Positions 63,463-64,000 of a stretch of DNA of 64,000 nt are shown piece after piece (the stretch's first letter is position 1; the number at the start of each line of letters is the position of its first letter). The position numbers and the translations under genes are program-made. The notes under the pieces were generated by a model that saw only the letters and a list, made by a program, of their open reading frames with translations, made no database searches and was not told the DNA's origin. Origin of the DNA: a virus (lineage: Duplodnaviria; Caudoviricetes); IMG/VR virus record IMGVR_UViG_3300049988_000245, positions 160,001-224,000 of that record. One strand, 5' to 3'.

Positions 63463-63771
63463 CCGCATCATTCGACTGCGCAGGTAGCGGTCCCGCTCCG
63501 GGCCGGTGTTGCGGACGAATCCGTGGCGCTCATAGAACACGCTCAGGCGCTCCGTGGGCGGCGTCAGCACGATCCGGTATCCGAACTCGTCCGCGAGCCC
63601 ACACAGGGCTCTCAGGGCCTCTGAGCCGCGTCCCTGACCCTCCTGGCCCCGATAGACCGACATCATTTGGAGGTGGAGGTCGCCGTCTACGAGCGCGAGG
63701 GTGAGCACGAACAGCCCCAGGCGCTCGCATGTCTCGTCGCACCATTCGTCGATCCGCAGTGGGGTTAGCAT
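63451..63771 (-). CDS. GNAT-family N-acetyltransferase-like protein
   Basis: LHL..MSV....GQGRGS.AL..LC.LAD..G..I.L....L..FYERHGF. Confidence 0.8.
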   Translation of the reverse strand: MLTPLRIDEWCDETCERLGLFVLTLALVDGDLHLQMMSVYRGQEGQGRGSEALRALCGLADEFGYRIVLTPPTERLSVFYERHGFVRNTGPERDRYLRSRMMRLPR

Positions 63772-64000
63772 GCGTCGTAAAGGGTCCAGAACTTCAGTGG
63801 GGATACGCCGTGCTTCTTGCTCACGTAAGCAAATACGGGCGCAAGCTCTTTTTTCGTCATCAGATGAATTCTCTGGGGGCATGCTGCGATTTTACGATGG
63901 TCGTTATCGGTCAGAAATCCTTTGATTTCAACGATTCCGAATTCGGTTTGAAAATCTGGGTAGTAACGCCTCAATTTTCCTGAAGAATCGTGATACTCAA
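63765..64000 (-). CDS. PD-(D/E)xK (TnsA-like) endonuclease domain, partial at right edge
   Basis: Frame open to the window edge: EYHDSSGKLRRYYPDF..IVEIKG..D..K. Confidence 0.7.
   Translation of the reverse strand, partial: EYHDSSGKLRRYYPDFQTEFGIVEIKGFLTDNDHRKIAACPQRIHLMTKKELAPVFAYVSKKHGVSPLKFWTLYDAC

Noticed and set aside
63765-64000. Tn7-like transposon, from the TnsA-like domain
   Set aside because: Only a partial PD-(D/E)xK domain is visible, with no tnsB/tnsC or terminal repeats; such domains are common as standalone phage endonucleases.
1-64000. Alternative genetic code or stop-codon recoding
   Set aside because: Recognisable enzymes are full length under code 11, and TAA, TAG and TGA all terminate genes at expected positions.

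Overview
A 64-kb, densely coding, GC-rich segment of a large lytic dsDNA phage (T4-like/jumbo Caudoviricetes). The host is probably alphaproteobacterial (Rhizobiales-like); this is an inference from a ROSE-type thermometer, CtrA-like half sites and host-type genes. No tRNA, rRNA, CRISPR array, integrase or transposase was found. Contents: (1) auxiliary and host-like enzymes: an N-formylglutamate amidohydrolase-family gene running off the left edge (absent from the ORF track), a YgiB/YgiC pair, agmatinase, NADAR, Sir2, metallophosphoesterase, NadR-like kinase, MazG-like pyrophosphatase, Rnl1-type RNA ligase, CCA-adding enzyme and a minimal class II aaRS core. (2) A proteostasis set: Hsp20, ClpS, ClpP, MoxR AAA+ and a VWA/metallopeptidase. 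(3) Tail fibre, baseplate and tailspike genes, rIIA, a split-DnaE fragment, and a triple-PAS protein behind a holin-like gene. (4) About 27 short paralogues sharing WCxExFG...FxDxxxAxxF[KR][LM]R[WF]. They sit in translationally coupled arrays, and one is fused to a T4 gp23 capsid-protein segment. Two promoter classes are visible: TTGAC-N16-TAcatt and T4-late-like TAAATA, several placed to give leaderless mRNAs. A three-hairpin ROSE-like RNA thermometer precedes hsp20. All family calls come from motif recognition by eye, not database searches. Start codons were adjusted from the ORF track where RBS, overlap or promoter evidence supported it.
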